DNA of 64,000 nucleotides from assembly GCA_963696385.1 (NCBI GenBank), contig CAVOKF010000005.1, positions 704,001 through 768,000 on the forward strand, given 5' to 3'. This document shows positions 20,243-29,651 of this stretch, in pieces. Source of the DNA: an uncultured delta proteobacterium. Its GTDB lineage: Bacteria; Myxococcota_A; Polyangia; Polyangiales; Polyangiaceae. The notes beneath the pieces are model-generated. The model was not told the DNA's origin. It made no database searches and saw only the letters and a list, made by a program, of their open reading frames with translations. Position 1 is the first letter of the stretch. Every line of letters starts with the position of its first letter. The translations under genes were made by a program, and so were the position numbers.

Positions 20243-21042
20243 TGATGCACGATGTTCTGCAGCTCCGATGGCAAGTGATCCCAACGAACCCACCACTTCG
20301 CGTCACGGTAGGACGATGCCTCGTGGCCCGGCTCGAGATCGACGTCACTGCTCGGCTTTCTCAGAGGTTCCAGCCGACCGGCCAAACCAGCAATATGGAG
20401 CGTATCCGCGAGGGAACCGATCCGCCGAAGCGCGGGCCCCCACGACAGCACGCGCGCGTAGTTCGTGAGCCTGTCCGCATCGACATTCTTGGAAGATGCT
20501 GCACCGAGCGCTTCCGCAAGAACGGCGATTCCACCTACGATCTCTGGGCGCGCAGCGGCATCGAGCAGCGAGCGTTCAAGGTCCGAGATGAAGACGCCAT
20601 CCTGTTTCTTCGCCCCTACTTCAAGAGCAGTCTCGGGCTCCTGCACTATCGTGAGTCGCCGTCCGGAGAGCGTTTCGCTGCGCGTCGGCTTGGCGAGTGC
20701 GACTTGGATCGAGCGCGACGGATGTGCGAGAAGATCAAGTTGATCCAACGCGGTTCGGTACGCGACTCGATGTCGAACGTCGCGGAACCCTGCGGCGACC
20801 GAGAGAAGGACATTTTCGGCGGCAGCGGTCGTGCCGAGCGTGCCAAGTTGCCGGATGGCATAGTGCCCACGGCGAACGCGATCGAGAAGCCCGTCACGAA
20901 CAAGTCGAGCGAGAAGGTTGCCCGTTGCGGCGGCAGATCGCCCGAGACGCACGGCAGCCTCAGCTGAGGTGAACTGAGTCAGACCCTCGCTGGCGAACTC
21001 GTCGAGGAACTTCAAACCGGTTAAATGTCCCATGCATCTCAT
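20239..21042 (-). CDS. abiEi: AbiEi-family type IV antitoxin
   Basis: N-terminal wHTH (LARLVRDGLLDRVRRGHY), VAYRTAL and ISDLERSLLD; coupled to abiEii. Confidence 0.85.
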   Translation of the reverse strand: MRCMGHLTGLKFLDEFASEGLTQFTSAEAAVRLGRSAAATGNLLARLVRDGLLDRVRRGHYAIRQLGTLGTTAAAENVLLSVAAGFRDVRHRVAYRTALDQLDLLAHPSRSIQVALAKPTRSETLSGRRLTIVQEPETALEVGAKKQDGVFISDLERSLLDAAARPEIVGGIAVLAEALGAASSKNVDADRLTNYARVLSWGPALRRIGSLADTLHIAGLAGRLEPLRKPSSDVDLEPGHEASSYRDAKWWVRWDHLPSELQNIVHQ

Positions 21043-21044
21043 AA

Positions 21045-21097
21045 TTCACGGTTATCGTGAACAAAGCTATGTTTACCACTGTCAAAATAGTTGTCAA
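21045..21097 (-). promoter_or_regulatory. AT-rich abiE promoter/operator
   Basis: Inverted repeat TTCACG-GTTAT-CGTGAA and two TTGACA hexamers on the minus strand. Confidence 0.5.
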
Positions 21098-21178
21098 CAG
21101 CGCGAAGGTCATGTTAAGCGTGTAAATCGCGTCACGTAACGCATGCGTCAGTTGTCACCCGCTGGTACTGGCGCGACC

Positions 21179-21866
21179 TGTCCTGGCTTCTTGGGCTGTC
21201 CGCCGGCTTCAGGCAGCGGCGCGGTAGTCATGATGAAGGCCGCCGAGCACGGGGATGGCCTCGACCGGGCCAGCAAAGTTGGCTCGGGAGCGTTCCGTGC
21301 GGACCGGAACCTGCTGGCCGATGCCCTGGTGAGGCCGAGCCGGGTTGAAGTAGCTCAGGGCATACTCGGCGAGGACATACCGCAGGTGCCGCTCCGACAG
21401 GATGATCACGTGGTCGAGGCACTCGCGGCGGACGCTACCCAAGAAGCGTTTGCACACCGCATTCATCAGGGGCGCCCGGACCGCGGTGTGCAGGACGCGC
21501 GTCCCGACGCCCGCGGCGACGCGGTCGAAGACGGCTCCGAACTTGCGCTCGTGGACGCGAAAGGCCGGGCGTTTGACGGCGCGCGAGGCGACGATGAGCT
21601 GCTGCCGAAGGAGCGCGTTCTCGGCGATGAGCTCGGCGCGGGAGCGGGTCAGGTCGGCGATGAATCCGCGCGCGACGCCCGAAGGACGGCACGCTTGGCG
21701 GAGCGCCCTCATCGCCCGGGCTGCCAGATCGGCGACCCTGGCCGCAAGCCGGGAGACGGGGACGCGGAGTACTCGCGATCCGAGCCGATCCGAGGGCGAT
21801 CATCAAGGCTTGTTCGCCAGCGACTCCTGAGCGATCGTGCGGCGGAGGAGGGAAGTAGCCAACACA
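21179..21866 (-). mobile_element. Internally deleted integrase-core (IS481-like) IS
   Basis: TGT...ACA termini with imperfect IR (TGTCCTGGCTTCTT / TGTGTTGGCTACTT); ORF with ENALLRQQL, NAVC.RFLGSVRRECLDH, RPHQG, LGGLHHDY. Confidence 0.75.
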
Positions 21867-21984
21867 GCCCTCAAGCGCCGAGAATACGTCCATTGAATTC
21901 CAAGAACTCAGCCCACTCCGAAACGAAGAAAAGAACACGCTCTGCGCGAAACCCCTTGCCCACGCCACCGGTTCAGAGTCCGAT

Positions 21985-22183
21985 TTGGCAGACCGATGCA
22001 AATCGAACCGAACGTCCGGAACCGCAGACCCATCCTACGCACGAGGGCCGGTGCGCCGGCCACCTGTTGGCTCCGAAGGACCGGGACGACAACCGTTGCG
22101 AAGAACAGCATCGAACCAATCCATGCGCACGCGGCGATCACGTGAACATAGACGGACGCGGTGCACACAATTTCAGAGATCAC
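21985..22183 (-). pseudogene. CopD/DUF4149-like membrane protein fragment
   Basis: VYVHVIAACAWIGSMLFF..VVVPVLR....LVRRMGLRFR; truncated. Confidence 0.55.
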
Positions 22184-22364
22184 GGCGCCGACCGAGCCTC
22201 TGCATGATTTTTCCCGGCCCGTGCGCGACTCGCGCCCTCGCCGATCGAAGTGGCGTTCGTGCTCGGAACCGAGCGGGACCGGGAAGTCGCCCAAAGCCCC
22301 AGAGCGGCCAGAACCGCCAGGTCGGCGAAGAGCAGCCATGGCTCCTCTCGTCGTCCGCCGCGCT

Positions 22365-22490
22365 CACACCGCGGGCGGTAATCATGATGGAGTCCGCCTA
22401 CCACGGCGACCGCCGCGGCAGAGCAAGCAGGAGTGCATCGGACACTTGACTCGCAATGGGGATTCGCTGGTCAATCCCCTGGTGAGATCG
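22365..22490 (-). mobile_element. Second remnant of the integrase-core IS 3' end
   Basis: VGGLHHDYR motif, as in the element at 21179-21866. Confidence 0.55.
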
Positions 22491-22562
22491 GCTTCAGGGG
22501 CGTCCGCTGTCGCGGCAACCGCGAACCGATTTGGCGAACCGACTTGGCGTGTTGCGTTGGTG

Positions 22563-24230
22563 TCAGGGAGGCAGCGTGGATCCCGCGTCGGTCGCCACGG
22601 TCAGTTGGGCCGGCTGCAGCGTGATCTCACTGGCGATGATGAACGAATTCGAGCCCGTGGAGATGCACCACTCGTCGAAGGGCGTCGGGTAGCCCACCGC
22701 GGGCAAAAAGCAGCAATTCGTGTCGGCGGGGGTCGCGCTCGTGCACGGGTACCAGATGGTCATGTCGTAGTTGCCTACTGCGTCCGGGCTGGTGACCGTC
22801 GTCGTGCAGCCCGCGATGGTCGAAGCTTGTGAAGCGCAGTCGAAAACAACGGCGTCGTCGATGTTCTTACCAAAGACCGGAGCTCCGACGCCGTTCACCG
22901 TCGCGCAGCCGTCGCTGGTGCACGAGGGAACGAGGTACGCGGATCTGGGAAACGGCGGAGGATTTTCAAGCTGGAGGGCGTTCGGATTGGTGACGCCGAT
23001 CGGCGCGAAATAGGAGGCGCCGGCCACGGTACTCGCGCAATAGAGGTAACCTTGGCTCGAAACGCAATTGGATGGGTAGATTGATTCGGGATAGTTCGTC
23101 GTCGTCTGCCACGGCCCGATTGCGCCGTCCGAGACACTCGAAAAAAATATGGGGATCGATAGATAGTAGATGGTCGAGCCGGCAGCGGCGTAGTTGGCGG
23201 AGACAGCCGTCGGAAGGTCGGTCGTGTCCGTCCACGCACCGAATCCGCTCGCAGAGAGGGGCGCGACGTAAGAAGGACTGTAGCAGTCGCCCCCCGGCCC
23301 ATCGGGAGGGCAATCCCCGGCGCCGAAGCAGTAAGCGTAGCCCCCGATGGCGACGCATCCCTCGGTCGCGGTTGGCGGCGGAGTTGTCGGAGCCCACGCT
23401 CCGACGCCGCTCGATGAAAGGGCGGCGTAGTAGGTGTCGTCGCCGGCGACACAATAGATGGTTCCGGAATCGACCAGGCATGTTGGAGCGAACACGGCAT
23501 GCGGGTAAGGGGTCGACGCGGTCCAGGTGCCGATGCCTGGCGACAAAAGCGGCGCGTAGTAGACGTCCGCCGTGGTGCTGGTGCCCCCGTCGGCGTCGCC
23601 GACACGCCCCCCTACACAATAGATAGCGTTGGAGCTGACGACGCAGCTCACGTCGGCGACGGCCTCAGGATAGTCGGCTCCGCGAGTCCAAAACCCAAGC
23701 CCGGCCGAAGATAGCTGGCTGGAATACGTGGACGTGCTCGCCGCCCCGACGCAATAGACCGACCCTAAGTTTGCGACGCAGCTTTGTGGAGCGCAATAAA
23801 GGTTGGGCGTCGTACCGACGCAATCGTTCGCCGCAAGCGGGTAGTCCGCCGTGGACGCCCACGGACCAAGCGCACCGCTATCGCCTGTCGTCTGCGTGCC
23901 GGTATCGCCGGCCTGGGGGGTGCCACCGCTATCGCCTGTCGTCTGCGTGCCGGTATCGCCGGCCTGGGGGGTGCCACCGCTATCGTCTGTCGTCTGCGTG
24001 CCGTTATCGCCGGCCTGGGGGGTGCCACCGCTATCGTCTGTCGTCTGCGTGCCGGTATCGCCGGCCTGGGGGGTGCCACCGCCATCGCCTGTCGTCTGCG
24101 TGCTGGCGTCGTGCGGGTCGGTCGAACTCCCCGCGTCGAGGTGGAGACCCGTCCCGGCTTCGCCCACGGGCGGCGCGCACGCGACAATCGAAAAGGCGAG
24201 CCCTCCGGCGAGAAGGCGGCTCAGAGTCAT
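22563..24230 (-). CDS. Lipoprotein with tandem-repeat linker and Kelch-like beta-propeller
   Basis: Lipobox IVAC; 17-aa repeats; about 6 blades of the form CV....IYCVGG...YYA.L...G.G.W....YP. Start at 24230 or 24239. Confidence 0.78.
   Translation of the reverse strand: MTLSRLLAGGLAFSIVACAPPVGEAGTGLHLDAGSSTDPHDASTQTTGDGGGTPQAGDTGTQTTDDSGGTPQAGDNGTQTTDDSGGTPQAGDTGTQTTGDSGGTPQAGDTGTQTTGDSGALGPWASTADYPLAANDCVGTTPNLYCAPQSCVANLGSVYCVGAASTSTYSSQLSSAGLGFWTRGADYPEAVADVSCVVSSNAIYCVGGRVGDADGGTSTTADVYYAPLLSPGIGTWTASTPYPHAVFAPTCLVDSGTIYCVAGDDTYYAALSSSGVGAWAPTTPPPTATEGCVAIGGYAYCFGAGDCPPDGPGGDCYSPSYVAPLSASGFGAWTDTTDLPTAVSANYAAAGSTIYYLSIPIFFSSVSDGAIGPWQTTTNYPESIYPSNCVSSQGYLYCASTVAGASYFAPIGVTNPNALQLENPPPFPRSAYLVPSCTSDGCATVNGVGAPVFGKNIDDAVVFDCASQASTIAGCTTTVTSPDAVGNYDMTIWYPCTSATPADTNCCFLPAVGYPTPFDEWCISTGSNSFIIASEITLQPAQLTVATDAGSTLPP
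23873..24103. repeat. 51-bp coding tandem repeat, about 4.5 copies
   Basis: Unit CACCGCTATCGCCTGTCGTCTGCGTGCCGGTATCGCCGGCCTGGGGGGTGC, encoding GGTPQAGDTGTQTTGDS. Confidence 0.95.
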
Positions 24231-24242
24231 GGGCGCCATAAA

Positions 24243-24257
24243 GCAGCTTTTGTGCCA
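24243..24257 (-). promoter_or_regulatory. Sigma-54 (-24/-12) promoter candidate
   Basis: Minus strand TGGCAC-AAAAG-CTGC with exact GG-N10-GC spacing. Confidence 0.5.
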
Positions 24258-24426
24258 CGCACTTGTGCAAGCAAATCACGCGAATGGCGCGGTGCCAACG
24301 TGTGCCATGAAGCAATCGACGCCACGACTCACAAAGTGCGCGGGAGGGTGACCGGTCGAAAAGGTTGACCTGAGCTGGCTGCTACTCGCGTCCGCCGCAG
24401 GATCACTCATGAATGCGTGCAAAGAC

Positions 24427-24477
24427 TGCCGGTCGACGAAGAGCCGCGGAAGAGGGTGCGGACACATATCGCGTCTT
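24427..24477. mobile_element. IS21-like terminal sequence interrupted by IS4 (continues at 25963)
   Basis: TGCCGGTCGACGAAGAGCCGCGGAAGAGGG..ATATCGCGTCTT / AGGAGCGTCCGTTGTCACCG matches the uninterrupted copy at 26949-27020. Confidence 0.8.
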
Positions 24478-25952
24478 CATACGTTGGTACTTAGGGATTC
24501 GGGATCCGGCGCGCTACGGTGCAAGTGCGAGCGGCTCGAGGCCCATAGCGAGACGTCCGCGCTTGCGATCGCGGGCGGGATGGGCGCGGCGAGCGTTGGA
24601 ATCGAGGAACTTGAGCGCTTCGGCGAGGGCACGACGCAATTGGCGCGGTGAGTCGAGGAGGCCGCGGAGGACATCGTCGAAGTAATGCTTGCCGGACGCG
24701 GCGGCTCGCTGGGTCGAAAGCTCCACCCCCAGCGACGCTTGCGCGAAGTGTGCGAGTGAACGTTTCAGAAGGGCTGCGAGCAGGCTCGCCCATATCATCG
24801 CTTTCGCGATAGCGGCCTTGCCCGTATCGAAGGCATGAAGGTTGGCGTGGGATTTGAACTCTTTGAACAGGAGTTCCACCTGCCAGCGGAGGCGATACAA
24901 GCCGGCCACGTCGGCGGCGGAGAAGCCGTTGCGAGCGAGGTTGGTGTGCAGGTACACGAACGTCTTGGCGTTGCGCTGGCCGCGCTTGTAGATCGCTACA
25001 ATTCGCCCGCGATACACGAATGACTTTGCCTGCCATTCGATGTCGAGATCGACCGTGTGGGCCGGAAGCCGGTCCCAGTTCAAGTTTGGCAGAGCAACCT
25101 GGGGATGGGTTTGCCGGCGCTGTCGAAAGCGGCCCGAAGGGTGGGTCGAATCTTCTTGGTGCCGCGGACGATAAAGGCGCCGCCCGCTTGATCGACGTCG
25201 AAAAAGAATTTTTGCTCCTCGTACCCTCGGTCGGCCAGAAAGAGTCGCTCGCGGAGACTCATGGCCTCGGGACGGTAGGTTCGTTCCGGCTCCTTGTCGG
25301 CCGTCAGAGCGACGATGGGCACATCGTCGTTGAGCACGCTCATGGTGACGTGCAGTTCCACGGCGGCCGGCGAGATTTTCGTAAAGCGGCCCGGCCATGT
25401 GCGCCTCAAGTCGTCCTTGAGCGCGAACGACGTCCCGTCGTGAATGACAATGTCCCGAAAGGTCGACAGTTTGGGGGACACGGCGTGAAGAACCGGCTGG
25501 CTCATCTTCTGTACCGTCGCTTCCAGCAGCATCCGAAACATCTCTGGAAAGGACGTCTTCGCGAGCCGGTTGTGAAAGGGCTTATATCGCAGCGAAATGC
25601 CCGCGAATCTCCGGAACGTCCGCAGAATATCGGCCAACCACTTGGCCTGGCCCGACCCGAGCGTGGACAGCACCGCCACGACCATCGCCAGCGGCATCAC
25701 CTTGCGCACGCGCCGTAGCCAGCCGCTACGTCTCGCGATCGCGGTCACCTGCTCCTCGCCGAGTACGTCGGTAAGCCGTTTCGCATACACGCCGACTTCG
25801 GCGCGTGTACCGTTCGATCCGTGCATCGGGGTCTCCTTTCGCGTGTCCCACAACACCGCGTCTAGAGAATCCCCGATGCCTTTGACTACCCAATTCGTGC
25901 ACTATGCACGTAAGTGATCGACATCACTCGAGAAATAAAGATCCTACCTATG
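24478..25952 (-). mobile_element. IS4-family insertion sequence, 1475 bp, 10-bp target duplication
   Basis: Direct repeat ATCGCGTCTT at 24468-24477 and 25953-25962; imperfect IRs CATACGTTGG / CATAGGTAGG. Confidence 0.9.
24514..25826 (-). pseudogene. IS4 DDE transposase with a frameshift near 25090
   Basis: IHDGTS, LADRGY and the YREK motif YRLRWQVELLFKEFKS, split over two frames. Confidence 0.85.
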
Positions 25953-26029
25953 ATCGCGTCTTAGGAGCGTCCGTTGTCACCGAGCGGCGAAAGATTTGGC
26001 GTATGTTTTGGCCTTTCCTCGCCGCGTGC

Positions 26030-26120
26030 CGACGACGAGCCACCGCGCCGCTCCTTCGCTCCCTTCTTCCTATGCCTCCTCGGCGCGGTATCGCGACGAC
26101 CGTCACCGACGCCAGCAACA
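26030..26120 (-). repeat. About 85-bp IS-end-like repeat, copy 2
   Basis: Minus strand begins TGTTGCTGGCGTCGGTGACGGTCGT; matches 19840-19926. Confidence 0.7.
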
Positions 26121-26122
26121 TG

Positions 26123-26230
26123 CACCTATCCGCCGCCTCGGCGCGGAACCCCAACCGAATCCTGCTCGGGACGTTCGGCGAAAAGGGCCTCTTTCGGATC
26201 GACCATTACCTCGGCAAGCGGCCTGTCCAC
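26123..26230 (+). pseudogene. zwf: Glucose-6-phosphate dehydrogenase, internal remnant
   Basis: ASAR..NRILLGTFGEKGLFRIDHYLGKRPVH contains the G6PDH signature RIDHYLGK. Confidence 0.85.
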
Positions 26231-26600
26231 AGCGCAGGGGTCCCGTCGAGCAGAGGGTAGAAATGACTGCGCCACTCAGCGAGCAGCGGGCTCTGGCGGA
26301 AGTCGCGTATGCGGGCTTCCAGCGTGTCCCACTGCACTCGCAAGACTTGGCGTCGAAAGGTGGCGCGTGACGGGCGCGCACCGTCGTCCATGATTTGCTC
26401 GAGTTTCAAGAGCAATTCCCGGTACTTGTCATCCGAAGGTGGCGTGTGACAAGCACCCCTCTTTGCTTACCGGTGTGCGCGCTGCCGCGCAGCCTCCTCG
26501 GCGCGTCGCTCGTCCAGGCCCAGGAACGACGCAAGGGGTTCGTCCGAGCGTCGTGCCTTGACGTGGCGAGCATGGAGGGACTCGCCTAAAATCGTAGCGT

Positions 26601-26846
26601 ATGCCGCTCGACACGGATGCGTACGCATTCGAGATGCAGCTGTCGGCACTCCGTCGACTTGGGCCGGAGGGTAGGGTCCGCCTGGCCGCCGAGATGAGCG
26701 AGGACGCGCGCCGCGTCTCGATCGAAGGAGAACAGCGACGCCGTCCGGACCTCACTGCGACGGAGGCCCGCCTTGCAGTACTGCGCAGGGTTTGGGGCGC
26801 CTCGCTCGCGGCTAGGGTCATCGAGGCAGCGGCGTCCCGTCGATGA
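26601..26846 (+). CDS. Small hypothetical protein, putative partner of the downstream nucleotidyltransferase
   Basis: 81 aa; TAAAAT just upstream; ATGA overlap with the next ORF. Confidence 0.65.
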   Translation: MPLDTDAYAFEMQLSALRRLGPEGRVRLAAEMSEDARRVSIEGEQRRRPDLTATEARLAVLRRVWGASLAARVIEAAASRR

Positions 26847-26952
26847 CGACAGAGCTGCAAGGCTTACTCGAGCGACTTGTGCGTCTGCTCGACGCGGCCA
26901 ACGTTCCATTCATGATTGCAGGCTCGTTCGCGAGCAGCGCACACGGGCTGCC
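26843..26952 (+). pseudogene. Minimal nucleotidyltransferase, truncated by an IS21-like end
   Basis: LLDAANVPFMIAGSFASSAHGLP stops just before the expected R.T.D.D motif, exactly at the IS end. Confidence 0.7.
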
Positions 26953-27682
26953 GAAGAGCCGCGGAAGAGGGCGCGGAACCATATCGCGTCTTAGGGGCTT
27001 CCGTTGTCACCGAGCGGCGATTTGGCGTTTTTTGCTTTTGGGGGAGGCAGAGGAGGGCGAGTGCGGGTCGGGCTCAGGGCGCTGTCGCCAGGATTCGCCG
27101 TCGATGTCGAGGACGTGGCAATGCTGAGTGAAGCGGTCGACGAGCGCCACGACGCACGCGGCTCCGGGGAATACGGTTCCCCATTCCTTGAAGGCGAGAT
27201 TGGTCGTGAACCGTGCTGGCTCGTTCGTGACGGCGACTGACGATGGTGTGTAAGCGTCCGGCGCGCCCCGCTGTTGACCTGAGTCCAAGAATGGTTCAGG
27301 GGGGCGGGCCTTTCCCGCGATGAGGCCCCTGCCAAGTATCGGCGGCGAGCTTCTTGTCCCATTACTCGTCGCGATTGTTGGCGAGCACGCCAAGAGCGAT
27401 CGTCGCGTTGACGTCGTTGCCGCGGCCGCAACAGAGCGCGACCATGCTTGGCGACTTCAGGCCAGTGGTTCAGGGGGGCAGAGGCGAGGCGCTGCGCTCG
27501 TATGGATAGCGGCACGTCGTGCTGGGGTCGCGTCGCGGACTGGCGCGACACTCTGCATCGACGTGACGACGCGCGACGCGTTCGGGGATTGCGGGAGTTG
27601 CGCCAAATCGGCGCGTTTCAATGACAACGGACGCACCTAAGATGTTTCCGCGGGGTCTTCCGCGGCTCTTCGTTGACCGATA
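26949..27682 (-). mobile_element. Internally deleted IS21-family element (both ends plus istB tail)
   Basis: Long IRs sharing GAAGAGCCGCGGAAGA and TCTTAGG...TCCGTTGTCA; istB C-terminus TTNLAFKEWGTVFPGAACVVALVDRFTQHCH..DIDGESWR at 27007-27215. Confidence 0.8.
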
Positions 27683-28088
27683 CCCTTTCGACTGGCTACT
27701 CGCCCGGCACGCTCACGAAGAGCGCGCGCCCGGTTGCCTCGTCGACGCGCTCACCGAGCGCTGAAGCAACCTGCAAGGGCGGCAGATTGTTCGGCTTCGA
27801 CGACCCCCGAGTTGCGTGTACGCGGTCGCGCCCCACGAGCCGAACGGGGTGAGCGCGTAGACAGTCCACTCTCCGATCGCGACGTCCGCGTGAATGCGGG
27901 CGCTGCGAGCGCGGGCGCAACCCGGGGACGCACCGCACTCCATGTGAAGTACGCTGCGGTCTGGGTGAGCGCGATCGGCGGCGCGGCCAAGGGCACGAGC
28001 GCGAGGATCGCAGCTGTCTGTGCGCACCGAACTGGTCCTCGCTGTCGTCGATGAGGGCAACGACATGCAAGCCGCCGAGCGCGCTCGG

Positions 28089-29651
28089 TTATGGACTGAG
28101 GGAATCGGCGAGTTGGTTCAGGTACACCTCGAGGTTCGTGTAGCCACTACAACCCCAGTAGAGGATCGCGTCGGCTGGGTCGTTCGGGTTCAGGCCGTTC
28201 GCGGTCTCCCATGCGTCGGGGATCCCGTCGCGGTCGGTATCCACGGGGGGCGTGCCGCCTGCGAGCGTGCCGTACCCGTTGTTCGGGAGGCCCGTAGCCG
28301 CTTGGGTAGTCCAGAGATGACCGCTCGTTCCGAGCGACGTCACGTCCGCGAGGACGAGGGTATCGACGTCGTCCCGGGGCAGCGCGCCCGAGTTGGCGAC
28401 GTCGTAGGCGTAACCTTCCGCCGCGCTCGCGCTATCGAACGAGCTCGTCGTGGGTGCGTAAGGGGCCGAGAGCGCGGTTATCCCGCCCGGGAGCGATATC
28501 GCCGACCCGTTCAAGGTTCCGCCCTTGGTCGTGTCGAGCATGTTGCCCACGAAATACATCGACTGGCTGCCCAGCTGAAAGAAAGCATCTCCGGAGTTGG
28601 TGGTGGACGGACCTACGATGAAATAGTTGTTCACGACGTCCTGCATGAATTTTCCGCCCGTGTCGCCGAGCGTGTAACCCGATTGGAAGTTGTAGACGAC
28701 GTTATTCACGTACTGCGTATCGCCCTTGGCGAGCGGGTTCCGGTTGTGCGCGTTGGCAAAGATGTTCTCAAACCAGGTGACGGGAGTGCTGTCGACGTGC
28801 GCGTTGAACTGCTGCCCGATCGGGTCGGCGAGGATGGATCGTTGAAATGTCACGTTCCCTCCACTGTTAATGTCGAGGTTGTCCCAATCGCTGAACTCTA
28901 CGGAGACGTGGTCGAAAATGAGGTTCATGTCCGAATCGGCCGCGATCCCGCTCTTGCCCGTATCCGGGTCGTCGGTCCCTTGGCGAACGCGGATGTTGCG
29001 CACGATCTCGTTGGACGAGTTGCTGAACGAGACCTCTCGCCCCTCGATCGCGATGCCGCCGCCCGGCGCCGTCTGGCCCGCGATGGTCAGGTTGGCGCTG
29101 CAGCTCAGAGCCGAGGTCAGGTTGATGATTCCTCCCACGTCGAAGACGATCGTGCGAGGCCCGGAGCTAACTGCGTCTCGAAGCGATCCGGTGGCGCCCG
29201 TGTCGTCGAGTGTGGTTACGTGGTAGGCGGCGCTCCCACGCCCGCCCGTGGCAGCGGCTCCAAAACCGACGGCGCCGGGAAAAGCGATCGGACTCCCGGG
29301 TGTGCAAGCATCCTTATCGGGGACGTTCGCATCTCCAAGGCTCGCCACGTCCGTTGCCCCTCCTGTGTCGACGGCGCTCGCCGCGTCACCGATACTCCCA
29401 GCGTCGCCGGCGGCGTCCCCGGCATCGGATGCGCCGCCTGCGTCATCGCCCCCAAGGCCGGAGCTGCCGTCGGGCGCGGCGTTCATGGCGGAATCGCCCG
29501 AGCTCTGTCCCGAGGCGTCGGACCCCCCTGAACCGTCGACCCCTCCGGACGCGTCCGACCCAAGGGAAACCGCCCCATGTGTCCCCGAGCTGCAGCGCAG
29601 GGTCGCCGCGAGCGACACGAAAAGCCATGCGGTGGAACGACGATGGTTCAT
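28089..29651 (-). CDS. Pectate lyase-like (PL1-type) secreted lipoprotein
   Basis: Signal ending LRC, a DAG linker, AFPGAVGFG..TGGRG, GSLRDAV, TIAGQTAPG, IFDHVS, NRNP and DTDRDGIPDAWE. Confidence 0.88.
   Translation of the reverse strand: MNHRRSTAWLFVSLAATLRCSSGTHGAVSLGSDASGGVDGSGGSDASGQSSGDSAMNAAPDGSSGLGGDDAGGASDAGDAAGDAGSIGDAASAVDTGGATDVASLGDANVPDKDACTPGSPIAFPGAVGFGAAATGGRGSAAYHVTTLDDTGATGSLRDAVSSGPRTIVFDVGGIINLTSALSCSANLTIAGQTAPGGGIAIEGREVSFSNSSNEIVRNIRVRQGTDDPDTGKSGIAADSDMNLIFDHVSVEFSDWDNLDINSGGNVTFQRSILADPIGQQFNAHVDSTPVTWFENIFANAHNRNPLAKGDTQYVNNVVYNFQSGYTLGDTGGKFMQDVVNNYFIVGPSTTNSGDAFFQLGSQSMYFVGNMLDTTKGGTLNGSAISLPGGITALSAPYAPTTSSFDSASAAEGYAYDVANSGALPRDDVDTLVLADVTSLGTSGHLWTTQAATGLPNNGYGTLAGGTPPVDTDRDGIPDAWETANGLNPNDPADAILYWGCSGYTNLEVYLNQLADSLSP

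Noticed and set aside
19262..20296. 344-aa full-length AbiEii
   Set aside because: Only about 66 aa are AbiEii-like; the rest is antisense to higBA and the repeat.
23873..24103. Repeat array as a CRISPR
   Set aside because: Head-to-tail 51-bp units with no unique spacers, in frame within a CDS, and no cas genes in the window.
28020..29531. Long plus-strand ORF (also 33247-34962, 35892-37481, 61183-62898, 12036-13094)
   Set aside because: Antisense shadows of well-supported genes in high-GC DNA, with no motifs.
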